Below are positions 38,303 through 47,860 of a DNA stretch of 64,000 nucleotides, piece by piece. Where the stretch lies: NCBI GenBank assembly GCA_903904735.1, contig CAIVDM010000191.1:1-64000 (forward strand). Reading direction: 5' to 3'. The notes beneath the pieces were generated by a model. The model was given only the letters and a program-made list of their open reading frames with translations. It was not told where the DNA came from and searched no databases. The stretch's first letter is position 1, and each line of letters begins with the position of its first letter. The stretch is from an uncultured delta proteobacterium (GTDB lineage Bacteria > Bdellovibrionota_C > UBA2361 > OMII01). A program made the position numbers and the translations under genes.

Positions 38303-39529
38303 ATGCCCACACCCTCATCGATCATCGCTGGACTCGACATTGGAACCTCGAGCATCAAGGTAGTTGTCGGCGAGAGAAAACCGTCTGGAGGCGTTGACAT
38401 CATAGGCGTCGGCTCGAGCCCGTCTCGGGGGCTACGCAAAGGGGTCGTCGTTAACATCGAGGGAACTGTGAGTGCCATCGGCAGGGCAGTCGCTCAGGCA
38501 GAGACGATGGCAGGGTGTGAAATCAGCAATGTTTTTACAAGTATCTCGGGAAGTCACCTGCGCTCTCAAAACAGTCACGGTATCGTCGCTATCAAGAATC
38601 AAGAAGTTTCACACCTGGACATAGAGCGAGTAATCGACGCGGCTAAGGCGGTAGCTATCCCGCTCGACCGAGAAATCGTACACGTTTTGCCTCAGGAGTT
38701 CGTGATTGATGAGCAAGACGGCGTGCGCGACCCGATCGGCATATCCGGCGTGCGTCTTGAGGCGCGGGTTCACATCATAACTGGCGCGATAGCGAGCGCT
38801 CAAAACATAGTTAAGTGCGCTAATCGTTGTGGCCTTACGGTTCAGGATATCGTAGCGGCACCGATAGCGTCGGCCAAGGCCGCCCTATCGCAGGAGGAGC
38901 AGGAGCTTGGAGTGCTTTTGCTCGATATTGGCGGTGGAACTTGCAGTATCTCTGTTTTTCACGCGGGATGTATCAAGTTCACTTCAGTACTAGCGGTAGG
39001 TGGAAATCATATTACGAACGACATCGCCGCGGGATTACGCACGCCCCTTGCCGCGGCTGAACGGATTAAATGCGAGTACGGTACAGCGGTAACGGCGGGT
39101 GTCAGCAAGGCTGATATTATAGAGGTGCCTTCCGTAGGAGGACGAGCGCCTCGGGTGCTCTCGAAGCTTGTACTGGCGGAAATTATAGAACCTCGTACAT
39201 CTGAGATGTTTGGACTTATTCAAAAGGAGATCGCGAGGGCTGGGTGTCAAGATCTTCTTACAAGCGGTGTGGTAATCACCGGGGGGAGCGCCGCTCTTCC
39301 AGGTATCGCGCAGGTCGCAGAGCACGCTTTCAATCTTCCTGTTCGGACCGGAGCTCCAGAGTCGGTGGGTGGTTTGCTCGATCTTATCAAGGGGCCTGAA
39401 TATGCCGCCGCGGTTGGTTTGGTGTTGCATGGTGCGGCTCACTCCGGCTTAGCGAAGGGAAAAGCCGCCAAGGGAGCCGTGGGAAGTACCATGCGCCGGG
39501 TAGTCGGTTGGTTCGCCGAACACTTTTAG
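38303..39529 (+). CDS. ftsA: Cell division protein FtsA
   Basis: 'IIAGLDIGTSSIKVVVGE' and actin/HSP70-fold motifs 'LLLDIGGGTCSISVF'. Confidence 0.9.
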   Translation: MPTPSSIIAGLDIGTSSIKVVVGERKPSGGVDIIGVGSSPSRGLRKGVVVNIEGTVSAIGRAVAQAETMAGCEISNVFTSISGSHLRSQNSHGIVAIKNQEVSHLDIERVIDAAKAVAIPLDREIVHVLPQEFVIDEQDGVRDPIGISGVRLEARVHIITGAIASAQNIVKCANRCGLTVQDIVAAPIASAKAALSQEEQELGVLLLDIGGGTCSISVFHAGCIKFTSVLAVGGNHITNDIAAGLRTPLAAAERIKCEYGTAVTAGVSKADIIEVPSVGGRAPRVLSKLVLAEIIEPRTSEMFGLIQKEIARAGCQDLLTSGVVITGGSAALPGIAQVAEHAFNLPVRTGAPESVGGLLDLIKGPEYAAAVGLVLHGAAHSGLAKGKAAKGAVGSTMRRVVGWFAEHF

Positions 39530-39870
39530 TCAAGATTTTCGTCTCAGACGGTGGTCCTTTTTGCGGGGCGGCTATACCATTATGGGGAAAGAAACAAGTG
39601 GCATTGGCTGTAATTTTCGGCGCCGCGTCACACCAGGTGGCGCGGCGGAACGAAACAGCTTTTGTCTCTCTTTACTTTTCCCAGTAAAGGGGAATAATGG
39701 CGCGGTCCCGGGTAGGACACTCTGAACGGATTTCGCCAGGTATCGAAAAAAAGTTCTAAAAAACGGGCAATGCTCGTAGCTTTTTGTTCGGTTTTTTAAA
39801 AGTGAGTGCTAGAGTGTCGGACGGTCAACAGCTCAATTTAGATTTTCAAGGTAGTGCGGAGGATAGCGGC

Positions 39871-41049
39871 ATGGACGAGGTAAAAAACAAGCTTCTTCAA
39901 GCGAGCAATGCGAACATTAAGGTGTTTGGTATCGGTGGTGGTGGACTAAACGCTGTTAATAACATGATTCGCAGCGGCTTGAGTGGCGTGGAGTTCTTTG
40001 CCGCTAACACAGATGCGCAAGCGCTTGTTTCATCGCTTCCAATAAACAAGATTCGCCTTGGTGATGATATTACTAAGGGTCTCGGAGCTGGAGCTGATCC
40101 CGAGGTGGGTCGCGCAGCCGCTCGCGAGAGCGTTGAGTCTATCCGTAAGGCGCTTGATGGGGCCGATATGGTGTTCATCACCGCGGGTATGGGTGGAGGA
40201 ACTGGTACTTACGGCGCGTCCGTCGTGGCAGAGGTCGCCAAGAGCCTTGGGTGTCTAACTGTAGGAGTAGTGACGAAGCCTTTCCTCTTCGAGGGCAAGC
40301 GCCGTATGCGCAACGCCGATCACGGAATTGAGGAGCTCCGTAAGCATGCGGATACGCTCATTACTATCCCAAATCAAAGGCTTCTTTCGATTGCTGGGCG
40401 AAACACATCGCTTTTAGACACCTTCCGCAAGGCAGATGATGTCCTGTACCAGGCTGTTAAGGGTATCAGTGACTTAATCATCTGCGAGGGCTTGGTTAAC
40501 GTCGATTTCGCGGACGTTCGAGCTGTTATGTCCGAGATGGGCATGGCGATGATGGGTACAGGCGAGGGGAGTGGTGATAATCGGGCGGTTGAGGCTGCTG
40601 AGAAGGCTATTTCGAGCCCACTACTCGAGGATATCTCGATTCACGGTGCTCGTGGCGTTCTTATCAACGTTACGGCGTCGCCAGATGTTACGCTTCAGGA
40701 GGTCAACGAGGCAGCGGAGCTTATTCACTCTGAGGCTCACGAGGACGCGAACATCATATGGGGTATGGTTATCGATGAGAACCTCTCGGATAAGGTGCGT
40801 GTCACTGTTATCGCGACTGGTTTCGGTGACAAGGCTCCGGCGGCTGCGGGAACAACCGCAACGATCGCGGGTAAGAACACAGCTGGAGCGCCGAATTTCG
40901 ATGTTCCAGCTTTCGCCCGCAAGGGTACTACCCTGGCAACCAATGGTTCGTCCGAGGTAATAAAGCTTAAGAAGCTCTCAGTTCTTTCGACGTCTGAGGA
41001 CGAGGAGAAGTTTGAGATTCCAACGTTCCTTCGCAAGCAAGCGGAGTAG
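39871..41049 (+). CDS. ftsZ: Cell division GTPase FtsZ
   Basis: 'IKVFGIGGGGLNAVNNM' (tubulin signature GGGTGTG at 'TAGMGGGTGTYGA'). The start was chosen at 'MDEVKN', preceded by the RBS 'ggagga'; the track ORF begins at TTG 39784. Confidence 0.9.
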   Translation: MDEVKNKLLQASNANIKVFGIGGGGLNAVNNMIRSGLSGVEFFAANTDAQALVSSLPINKIRLGDDITKGLGAGADPEVGRAAARESVESIRKALDGADMVFITAGMGGGTGTYGASVVAEVAKSLGCLTVGVVTKPFLFEGKRRMRNADHGIEELRKHADTLITIPNQRLLSIAGRNTSLLDTFRKADDVLYQAVKGISDLIICEGLVNVDFADVRAVMSEMGMAMMGTGEGSGDNRAVEAAEKAISSPLLEDISIHGARGVLINVTASPDVTLQEVNEAAELIHSEAHEDANIIWGMVIDENLSDKVRVTVIATGFGDKAPAAAGTTATIAGKNTAGAPNFDVPAFARKGTTLATNGSSEVIKLKKLSVLSTSEDEEKFEIPTFLRKQAE

Positions 41050-41073
41050 TTGGATCTTCTGCATAGCTGTTAA

Positions 41074-41103
41074 GAGGGAGGCCTAATAGCCTCCCTTTTT
41101 TTT
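41074..41103 (+). terminator. Rho-independent terminator of ftsZ
   Basis: 'gggaggc ctaata gcctccc' followed by 'tttttttt'. Confidence 0.8.
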
Positions 41104-41147
41104 GCTAGAATTTATAGAGCGCACCGCACGGGCGGAGTGCAAACAAA

Positions 41148-41429
41148 CTACCCCTGTCGCGGAAAATGACCTTTACCGCAGACCTTCACGTCGCGAACTT
41201 TCGTTGAATCTTGTGCTAGGAGTTCGAGCTGCTGAAAGGTGGCCCCTTTGGTCAGATAGGTCGCATCCTCTGTTGTGGCAGGATCTATAAATAGGGTCTC
41301 AGATTCGAAATGATAAGCCGCTACTCTTCGCAGCCGATCGAGCAGGCCGAGTTGAAGTTTCTCGTCTAAGTCAGACAGAAGTTTATTCCATAGGTCTGGG
41401 TTATTGCCCCTAGCCTTGCTGTCCGTCAT
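41148..41429 (-). CDS. Hypothetical small protein, weak DnaA-N-terminal-domain-like pattern
   Basis: 93 aa. 'DLWNKLLSDLDEKLQLGLLDRLRRVAAYHFESETLFIDP' loosely resembles the DnaA_N pattern (W..vl..L...l....f..Wi..l). Tentative. Confidence 0.3.
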   Translation of the reverse strand: MTDSKARGNNPDLWNKLLSDLDEKLQLGLLDRLRRVAAYHFESETLFIDPATTEDATYLTKGATFQQLELLAQDSTKVRDVKVCGKGHFPRQG

Positions 41430-41698
41430 AACCTTAATCCCCCTGCGCGCGGCTTCCGTCGAACCTACCTACCGTTCATACACCCCAAGGGTTGAGCCCA
41501 CTACGGCCGCCAAATCCTAAAGTCAGTATACCTCACAAGGAATTGGTCTCGGAAGGTGAAAATTGGTGCGAAATAGTCAGGAATGGAAAAAGCGCCACGA
41601 TCGCAGCGCCTTAGGCGTTAGACGACAGTATAAAAAAAACGACCCCGACACTTTGCCATATGGCGTTAGTGTCGGGGTCGTATCGGCGTAAGGCTGCT

Positions 41699-41989
41699 TT
41701 AAGAAGCGGCCTCAGCTGCGGCGAACTCGCGTACCTGAGCATCAGCCTGACGTCCGATTGCGGTTCGAAGGCTGTTAACATCGAGGTCAAGCGCTTCACA
41801 GATAAAGCGGAACGAAAGAGGAGCGTCGGTTGGCTCATCGTCCATAAGCCACGATCTAGCACCTTCGCGTACATCACCCTCTCCGCCAATAAAATCGTGG
41901 ATTGCCCGCTGAAGCACCGCCGCAAGTAATCGCAGCTCGGGAATCACACCACCTGGAGACGGAACATCTGAATTCGACCAGAATTTCAT
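41699..41989 (-). CDS. Hypothetical small protein (96 aa)
   Basis: ORF only; acidic, no motif. Confidence 0.25.
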   Translation of the reverse strand: MKFWSNSDVPSPGGVIPELRLLAAVLQRAIHDFIGGEGDVREGARSWLMDDEPTDAPLSFRFICEALDLDVNSLRTAIGRQADAQVREFAAAEAAS

Positions 41990-42666
41990 ACTTTGATTGT
42001 CCCAACAAAAAGTTTAACAGGCGCTAGCTTACGTTTTCTTTGCGGCAACTTTCGTTGTGCATAGAGCTTTGCGGTCTCTAGCCGCAACTTTCGCAGCATC
42101 GCCATCAAGTCCTGATGTATCGGTGCGATGTGCTCGCACAACAAGGACCGCAGGTTAGAAGGGCTATCCAGCGAAAGATTGTCAGTAATCGCTTCATCCC
42201 CTACAGCAAGCGAGGATCCCCTGATTTAGGCACAAAGCTAGTGACCTCTCCCTCCCGTTAAAGCAGGGAAATGCTCACTAGCAACTCTATCGCTTAAATC
42301 AAGGACGAAGCGGAATACGAAAACGACCCGTCCGAAAGAAAAATACCCCTATCTGCGAACCTTCAACAAACCAGAGACGGCACAATAATAGATTCGAATC
42401 CCTAATATCAAGGAAAAAATGCATGGGTCTGGAAAAACCTGACCGCGGCCGCATCTCCAAGAACGCCCAATTTTCCGCCGAAAGTCGCTACGTGTTCGAA
42501 TCAGTCCGAGAGTAGTACACTTTCTCGCGCGACTGGCTTTTCGGCGCATCACTGGCAAAAGGAATCCGGTCCAGTGTAGAATATCACAAGTTATCTAAGA
42601 TGTTGAAAACAAATGTTTTTACGGACTCAGCCTCAGTTTCGCCTGAGCGAGACCTCTAAACGATAA

Positions 42667-43932
42667 GTGGGAGAAGGCGTGGTGTCTCAACGAGGTGAGG
42701 GTGTCGATTTTCTAGTGCCTGGTCTAAAGGCCCGGGAGCATTTCCCGTTCTATACCGAAGGTCCGGGGGGGTGCTACCTGGACTCCGCCGCTACGGCGCA
42801 GCGCCCAAAGGTAGTGATCGATTCGCTTTGTAGAACTCTCATCCATCACAACGCGAATGTTCACCGAGGGGCCTATCGTTTAAGCGCTGAGGCGTCAGAT
42901 CTGTACGACAACGCGAGACTCATTGTGGCTCGTTACATCGGAGCTCGCAGTGAGCGATCGATTGTATTTGTTCGTGGGGCGACTGAAGGAGTTAACCTCG
43001 TAGCGCGCAGCACCGAGCACCTTTTCAAGCAGGGTGATGTCATTCTTCTCTCGCTACTCGAGCACCATAGCAATATCGTTCCATGGCAGATGCTGGCCAA
43101 GCGTAAGGGCTTGAAAGTCGTGTTCGCTGATATCACGGACGATGGGCAGCTTAATGTTAAGGATTTTGAAAATAAGTTGCGAGAATACAAGCCGGCGCTG
43201 GTAGCGATTACGCAGCTCGCTAATTCGCTAGGAACCGTGACTCCAATTGAGGATGTAGTTCGGGCCGCTCACGAAGCTGGAGCTCGAGTTCTTGTTGATG
43301 GCGCGCAAGGAGCGGCTCATCTCGGTGTCAATGTTGAGGCGCTTGGGTGTGATTACTACGTGTTCTCAGGGCATAAGATATACGGTCCAACGGGGATAGG
43401 TGTTCTTTACGCGAGGCCTGAGCGATTAGAGGAGATGGAGCCATTTCAGGGCGGTGGTGACATGATCTCGTATGTTAGCGTTGAGGGGTTTGGGTGCGCC
43501 GATATCCCGCAGCGTTTTGAAGCAGGAACCCCAGCGTTCCCAGAAGCGATCGCGTTGGGGGCTGCTATTGAGTTTGTTAACCGCTTCTCTCGTGAGGAGA
43601 TGCGAGCACATGAGAAGAGTCTCGTCACCGCCGCGGTTGATATGCTTAGAGCAGAGCAGGGAATTACCCTCTATGGTCCAGCGTCGGTCGGCGGCGAGCA
43701 GGCTACGGTAGTGTCGTTCTCAATCGACACCGTTCATCCGCATGATTTCGCGACGATAGCTGATACGCACAACGTTCAGATCCGAGCGGGTAACCACTGC
43801 GCGATGCCCACACTGCGACGTTTAGGGGTTCAGGCAACGGTTAGAATGAGTTTCGGCGTCTATTCGTGCCAGAGCGATCTGACTGCGGTTCAATCAGCGA
43901 TTCGTGAGGCGAGGGCGATGTTTGGGCGGTAA
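42667..43932 (+). CDS. sufS: SufS/CsdA-type cysteine desulfurase (class V aminotransferase)
   Basis: PLP-lysine 'FSGHKIYGPTGIGVLY'. Active-site Cys loop 'RAGNHCAMP'. About 420 aa. No sufBCD adjacent. Confidence 0.8.
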   Translation: MGEGVVSQRGEGVDFLVPGLKAREHFPFYTEGPGGCYLDSAATAQRPKVVIDSLCRTLIHHNANVHRGAYRLSAEASDLYDNARLIVARYIGARSERSIVFVRGATEGVNLVARSTEHLFKQGDVILLSLLEHHSNIVPWQMLAKRKGLKVVFADITDDGQLNVKDFENKLREYKPALVAITQLANSLGTVTPIEDVVRAAHEAGARVLVDGAQGAAHLGVNVEALGCDYYVFSGHKIYGPTGIGVLYARPERLEEMEPFQGGGDMISYVSVEGFGCADIPQRFEAGTPAFPEAIALGAAIEFVNRFSREEMRAHEKSLVTAAVDMLRAEQGITLYGPASVGGEQATVVSFSIDTVHPHDFATIADTHNVQIRAGNHCAMPTLRRLGVQATVRMSFGVYSCQSDLTAVQSAIREARAMFGR

Positions 43933-44283
43933 GCGTGAGAGCGAACGCTACGTGAGAAGTTGTCAGTTAGTGAATGAAAGAACGAGGCATAAGATCTAAA
44001 CCGTGGTGAAAAACCTCGATGCTGCTTTCTTTTGGTGCTCCTAACGCCTGTAAAGGGCGGTTAGAAGCGCACTCGTGAGCTCGACTACAAGCTCCTTTGA
44101 TTCATCCGTAGTCTTTATCGAGGATTGCCCAGATGAGAACCCGCCAATAGTGGGCGCGCTAGAAGCACACACGGCGGATTAAATTTTTGAATGGAACACC
44201 TGGAACAAGATTTTCATCATAGGTGTTATATTTCAAAAATTGAATTCCCCCTCTACGTAAATAAAAGAAGGAAGACCAACAAT

Positions 44284-44358
44284 ATGATGATTGCTACCAC
44301 TACTACTGAAAATATCGACATCACAAGGCTCAACTTTCTACAGCGGAACCGCCTCTGA
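44284..44358 (+). CDS. Candidate 24-aa Thr-rich micro-ORF (MMIATTTTENIDITRLNFLQRNRL)
   Basis: ATG preceded by 'aaggaag' 9 nt upstream. It lies in a ~940-bp ORF-free, lower-GC region. A stem-loop follows about 140 nt downstream. Confidence 0.25.
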   Translation: MMIATTTTENIDITRLNFLQRNRL

Positions 44359-44502
44359 AACTCCCAGAGCGCTTTCTTCACCAGCGTGAACGTATGTGAA
44401 GAAAGCGCTTTCGGAATTTGGAGAAGGTTTGAAGTGAGTGATGTGAGGTGCTGAAAGTAGGGCGCTTTTAGCGACCTCTAAAACATTTGATCTCTTATGC
44501 CT

Positions 44503-44562
44503 CTCGCTTAGTGCGGTATAAACGCCCGCAGTCAGCGAGAAGTGCAAGATGTTTTTCTTCTA
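44503..44562 (+). terminator. Stem-loop with a downstream T-rich run (possible terminator/attenuator)
   Basis: 'ctcgcttagtgcgg tataaacgc ccgcagtcagcgag' (13/14 bp) then '...gtttttcttct' about 12 nt downstream. Confidence 0.3.
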
Positions 44563-44767
44563 CTCAAGTTGCAATGTTGCTTCTGGCGTGATGCCGAGCC
44601 CTCTGTTCAGTCTCTATAAGCGAGCTAGCAGAGCCGCTTCGATCGTTAGAGGCTCCTCCTGAGTACACCAGTGAGACGAGACTACGCAAGGATTCGAGAG
44701 GCGCTCATTTCAATCACAGTGATGTTCTGTAGTGCTCAGTGCCCCCTTATCGGGAAAGAATCTTATA

Positions 44768-44784
44768 TTAAACGAAACGTTTAA
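44768..44784. promoter_or_regulatory. 7-bp inverted repeat with 3-nt spacer (operator-like), about 90 bp upstream of the 44871 gene
   Basis: 'ttaaacg aaa cgtttaa'. Confidence 0.3.
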
Positions 44785-44870
44785 TTATGACACCTCGAAA
44801 GTGGCGTAGGTTTGACTAGCGGCTGTCTCCCGTAGAATCATCTCAGGCGGTCAAGCGAAGGGAGTGGTAT

Positions 44871-46079
44871 ATGTTTAATAATTCACCTGAACAGAAGCAT
44901 GAGAGTGACTCAAAGCTTGGGGGTGTTCAGTCGACTGCCTTTAGCAGGTTCAATGAGCTAGTTGAGCGCTCAATTGAGGGGATCGCGACCAAGGTGGAAG
45001 AGCTAAAAGCGAGACATCCAGGTGCCTACGATGCGTGTCTTGGTCTATTAAGTACCGGCTTTGAGAAGGACGCCAATGATATCAAGGGAACTCTCGCTGA
45101 CTACTTCAAAACTCTCGCGCATGCATACCATACAGCGCCTTACGTGATTGAGCGCATCTCTCGCGGAGAATTCCCTGAGCTAAAGTTCGCGAAATTATCA
45201 CCAACGTCGCCTCTCGCATGTACACTCAAGCTCGATGAGAGTGGCGAATATCGGTTGAGGTTGTCGTTTCAGGCGCCAGGAGGACAACCTGGCCAGCGGC
45301 GTGACGTAGCTGAGTATAATGTAGAGTCAAGGAACGGACACTTCTTCTTTAGGACAGTTTCGGATCTTCTCGCAGAGCCAAACACTGGGGCGACATGGGA
45401 GTCCTTGGGCGCGCTCGATGGCGCGCTGCCGTTCCGATCTGACTCTCAGCTTGAGCAGATGGCGGAGCCCTTGACGGTTGAGCGAGCTTACCTTCTCGCT
45501 TTCAGCGATTTTATCGACTTTCGTCCTAATCCTGAGGGCGGTGCACCACTCCGAGACCGTGTGTATCATCTCATTGAGCTTCCGGGAGCGGATCTCGGCG
45601 CGAAGCTTGAAGGTGCCGAGCGATTCCTGGCGTGCAGCAACCCTGCGAGCACTCACATGGCGCGAGAGCCTATGCCTGATGGGCATCGGCCTGGGTTGGC
45701 GTCGTGGGTCGGTCTGCCGGCGGTTATGGGTTATAAACTTCCGCCCTTCGAGAATGTAGTTCAATTGGTGGAGCGTGGAGCGCCGGGAGAGTGGTCCATC
45801 CTTCAATCAAAATCCCATCCGACATTTAATGATCTAGGTGCCTATGTGTTTGTCCGACGACGAACGGAGCAGGTCGTTTCACCGGACGCGCCGAGTCTAT
45901 TGATACCTGTTCAGAGGTTCCCAAGGGCGGTTTCTGGACCGGTCTGTGAAGCTAAACAGGGGAGATTCGAGCCGCTCGGAGCATTTGGAACCTTAATTGA
46001 AGATGCGGCTGTATCGCCCACGTTCAATCGCGATACCTGGGTGCAGCGTGAGGTAGATAGCCTGAGATTGCCGGGTTAA
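44871..46079 (+). CDS. Hypothetical protein (402 aa), no recognisable domain
   Basis: Long ORF with coding-like composition and the RBS 'gaagggag' upstream. No known motif found by eye. Confidence 0.5.
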   Translation: MFNNSPEQKHESDSKLGGVQSTAFSRFNELVERSIEGIATKVEELKARHPGAYDACLGLLSTGFEKDANDIKGTLADYFKTLAHAYHTAPYVIERISRGEFPELKFAKLSPTSPLACTLKLDESGEYRLRLSFQAPGGQPGQRRDVAEYNVESRNGHFFFRTVSDLLAEPNTGATWESLGALDGALPFRSDSQLEQMAEPLTVERAYLLAFSDFIDFRPNPEGGAPLRDRVYHLIELPGADLGAKLEGAERFLACSNPASTHMAREPMPDGHRPGLASWVGLPAVMGYKLPPFENVVQLVERGAPGEWSILQSKSHPTFNDLGAYVFVRRRTEQVVSPDAPSLLIPVQRFPRAVSGPVCEAKQGRFEPLGAFGTLIEDAAVSPTFNRDTWVQREVDSLRLPG

Positions 46080-46342
46080 TGTCCTCTGATCTCTTGGCTA
46101 CGAAGCGGAGGAAGCCCAGCAAACTTCGGAGCAATGGACCGCGGAGCTTCTAGCTCAGCTGAAGTGTTGCATAGCGGGATGGGTTGGCTTCTCGCTTTAG
46201 AAAACCCCGAAGTTCTTGGCCATAAAGCCCACGCAGGAGGAGATGTGGCGATGTCGCTCTGCCTACAAAGCGGAGCTGGAAGCTCCGCGGTCCAAAGGGG
46301 GGGCAGCACATAATCTCTTACCTCGTAGAGTCTAGTGGAGGG

Positions 46343-47611
46343 CTATCGCTGATAGAGCTGAGGTCCGGTGGAAAAGATTGCTTTCCCCCCTCGAGGCAAG
46401 GTGAACTCCACGTCACCAAACACGGCCGTATAGCCATGTGGCTCCACGGGGATCCGCCCCTTGAAACGACTCCCATCGGGCTCGACACGGCAGCTTAATT
46501 CAGAGAACTTCGCCTCCCGGAAATCGGGCGACGGTGAGGTCGCCTGCCAGAGAGAGCAGCGCGAGAGCTTAGCCTCACCTTTCCCTGATACTAGCGCGAT
46601 GCCGTTCGCGCTCGATGAATAGCGCCATTCCGCTCGAGGGATCTTCTCGCCGCTGATCACTGTTCGGATGAACGACACCACCGCTTCGGCCGCCGCTTGC
46701 TCGCCAAGCGCGCCATGGCCCACATTTGGAAGGATACGGAGCATCTTTGGTTCCGGTAGGGCGTCCCAGTATTTACGCACGGAGTCGATAACCCAATACG
46801 GGTCGTTGGCGCCTAGCAGAACCAGCTTGGGCATCGTGAAGCGTGAAAAATATGAGATCGGGTCAACCCACGAGATAAGCTGCGCCACACGCGGCTCACG
46901 AAGGTTGGCGGTCAGACCAAGCGCGGTATACGGACGGATCTTCTCTGAGTCCCGACCGTACCGTTCATGCATCAGGGCTATCTGATCCTCCATCGAGACC
47001 ATCTCGAACACCGCGGGCACCATCGCCATGATTCGCGAGTCGACCGCCGCTGTGAGGTAGGTGGTCCATCCACGCTTAGAAGCTCCTATCAGAACGACTC
47101 TCAATTCCTTCTCATCGAGGACCTGCTCGAGCGTGTCTATTCCTTTGACGACACTCGCGACCATTGGAAAAAGAAGAGGCCACGACGCGTCGCCGGAGCG
47201 ACGGTACTGATCAAGGGAAAAGGAAAGCAAGACATCTTCCTTTTTCCCATCGTAGAGTGGTTGATTCGGAACTCGGGTCAACACCGCGGCGCGAACTCCA
47301 AGGGCATTCGCCAACATTTGAGCCGAGCGTTGCTGATCGTCGCCTCCGTCTCCACCGGTAAGTAAAACCACCACTACGTTACGTCGAGCAAGACGCTCTG
47401 GGTTTTTTATCAGGAGTTCATGTGTCCAGGGGATACCGCGCCATTCCTGGCTTTGAAACGCAACGCGGGTGCTCGTTGAGGTCGTACCCTCGAGCACCTT
47501 TACGGAAGACGGAGACCCCAGGGTGGCGAGATAGCTCTCGAGGCCATCGGCATGACAGGGGTACGCGCGGATGAAAAAGACTGCTGCTACTTTGAAAAAC
47601 GCTCGAACCAT
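46343..47611 (-). CDS. Secreted alpha/beta-hydrolase-fold protein, possibly PhoPQ-activated-pathogenicity-related (PqaA-like) family
   Basis: Signal peptide 'MVRAFFKVAAVFFIRAYPCHADG'. Nucleophile-elbow-like 'GASKRGW'. 'GANDPYW'. C-terminal 'GHGALG'. The family assignment is tentative. Confidence 0.4.
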   Translation of the reverse strand: MVRAFFKVAAVFFIRAYPCHADGLESYLATLGSPSSVKVLEGTTSTSTRVAFQSQEWRGIPWTHELLIKNPERLARRNVVVVLLTGGDGGDDQQRSAQMLANALGVRAAVLTRVPNQPLYDGKKEDVLLSFSLDQYRRSGDASWPLLFPMVASVVKGIDTLEQVLDEKELRVVLIGASKRGWTTYLTAAVDSRIMAMVPAVFEMVSMEDQIALMHERYGRDSEKIRPYTALGLTANLREPRVAQLISWVDPISYFSRFTMPKLVLLGANDPYWVIDSVRKYWDALPEPKMLRILPNVGHGALGEQAAAEAVVSFIRTVISGEKIPRAEWRYSSSANGIALVSGKGEAKLSRCSLWQATSPSPDFREAKFSELSCRVEPDGSRFKGRIPVEPHGYTAVFGDVEFTLPRGGKAIFSTGPQLYQR

Positions 47612-47860
47612 AAAACCTCTCGAAAAAAAACAGTCTCAGTATTCTATAGAGGTCTGGGCATGTCTAGGGAATCCGCGCGTAACTTCTTCCTCTTAAGTGG
47701 TTGCGCTCGGTAGCGGACGTCGTGGCGAAAGTTCCCTTTCTCCGACCCGTAGCCGCGGCGGTTGGTGGGGACCTGGCGATAGCTGGGTCTAGCGCTCTCG
47801 AAAGGTCACAGAGGCGCACCCCAACGGGCAAAGCCCCTACAGGGTGCGCCGTTCTAGACG

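Noticed and set aside
41990-42666. Possible tmRNA or tRNA gene ('gattcgaatcc' at ~42389 and 'gttcgaatc' at ~42490 resemble T-loops; repeated 'gcaactttcg' could resemble a tag-peptide region)
   Set aside because: I could not build a 5-bp T-stem around either T-loop-like segment. There is no acceptor stem/CCA context, no ANDxxxALAA-like tag reading frame ending in a stop on either strand, and no GGGG...CCACCA end pairing. It is left only as a generic ncRNA candidate.
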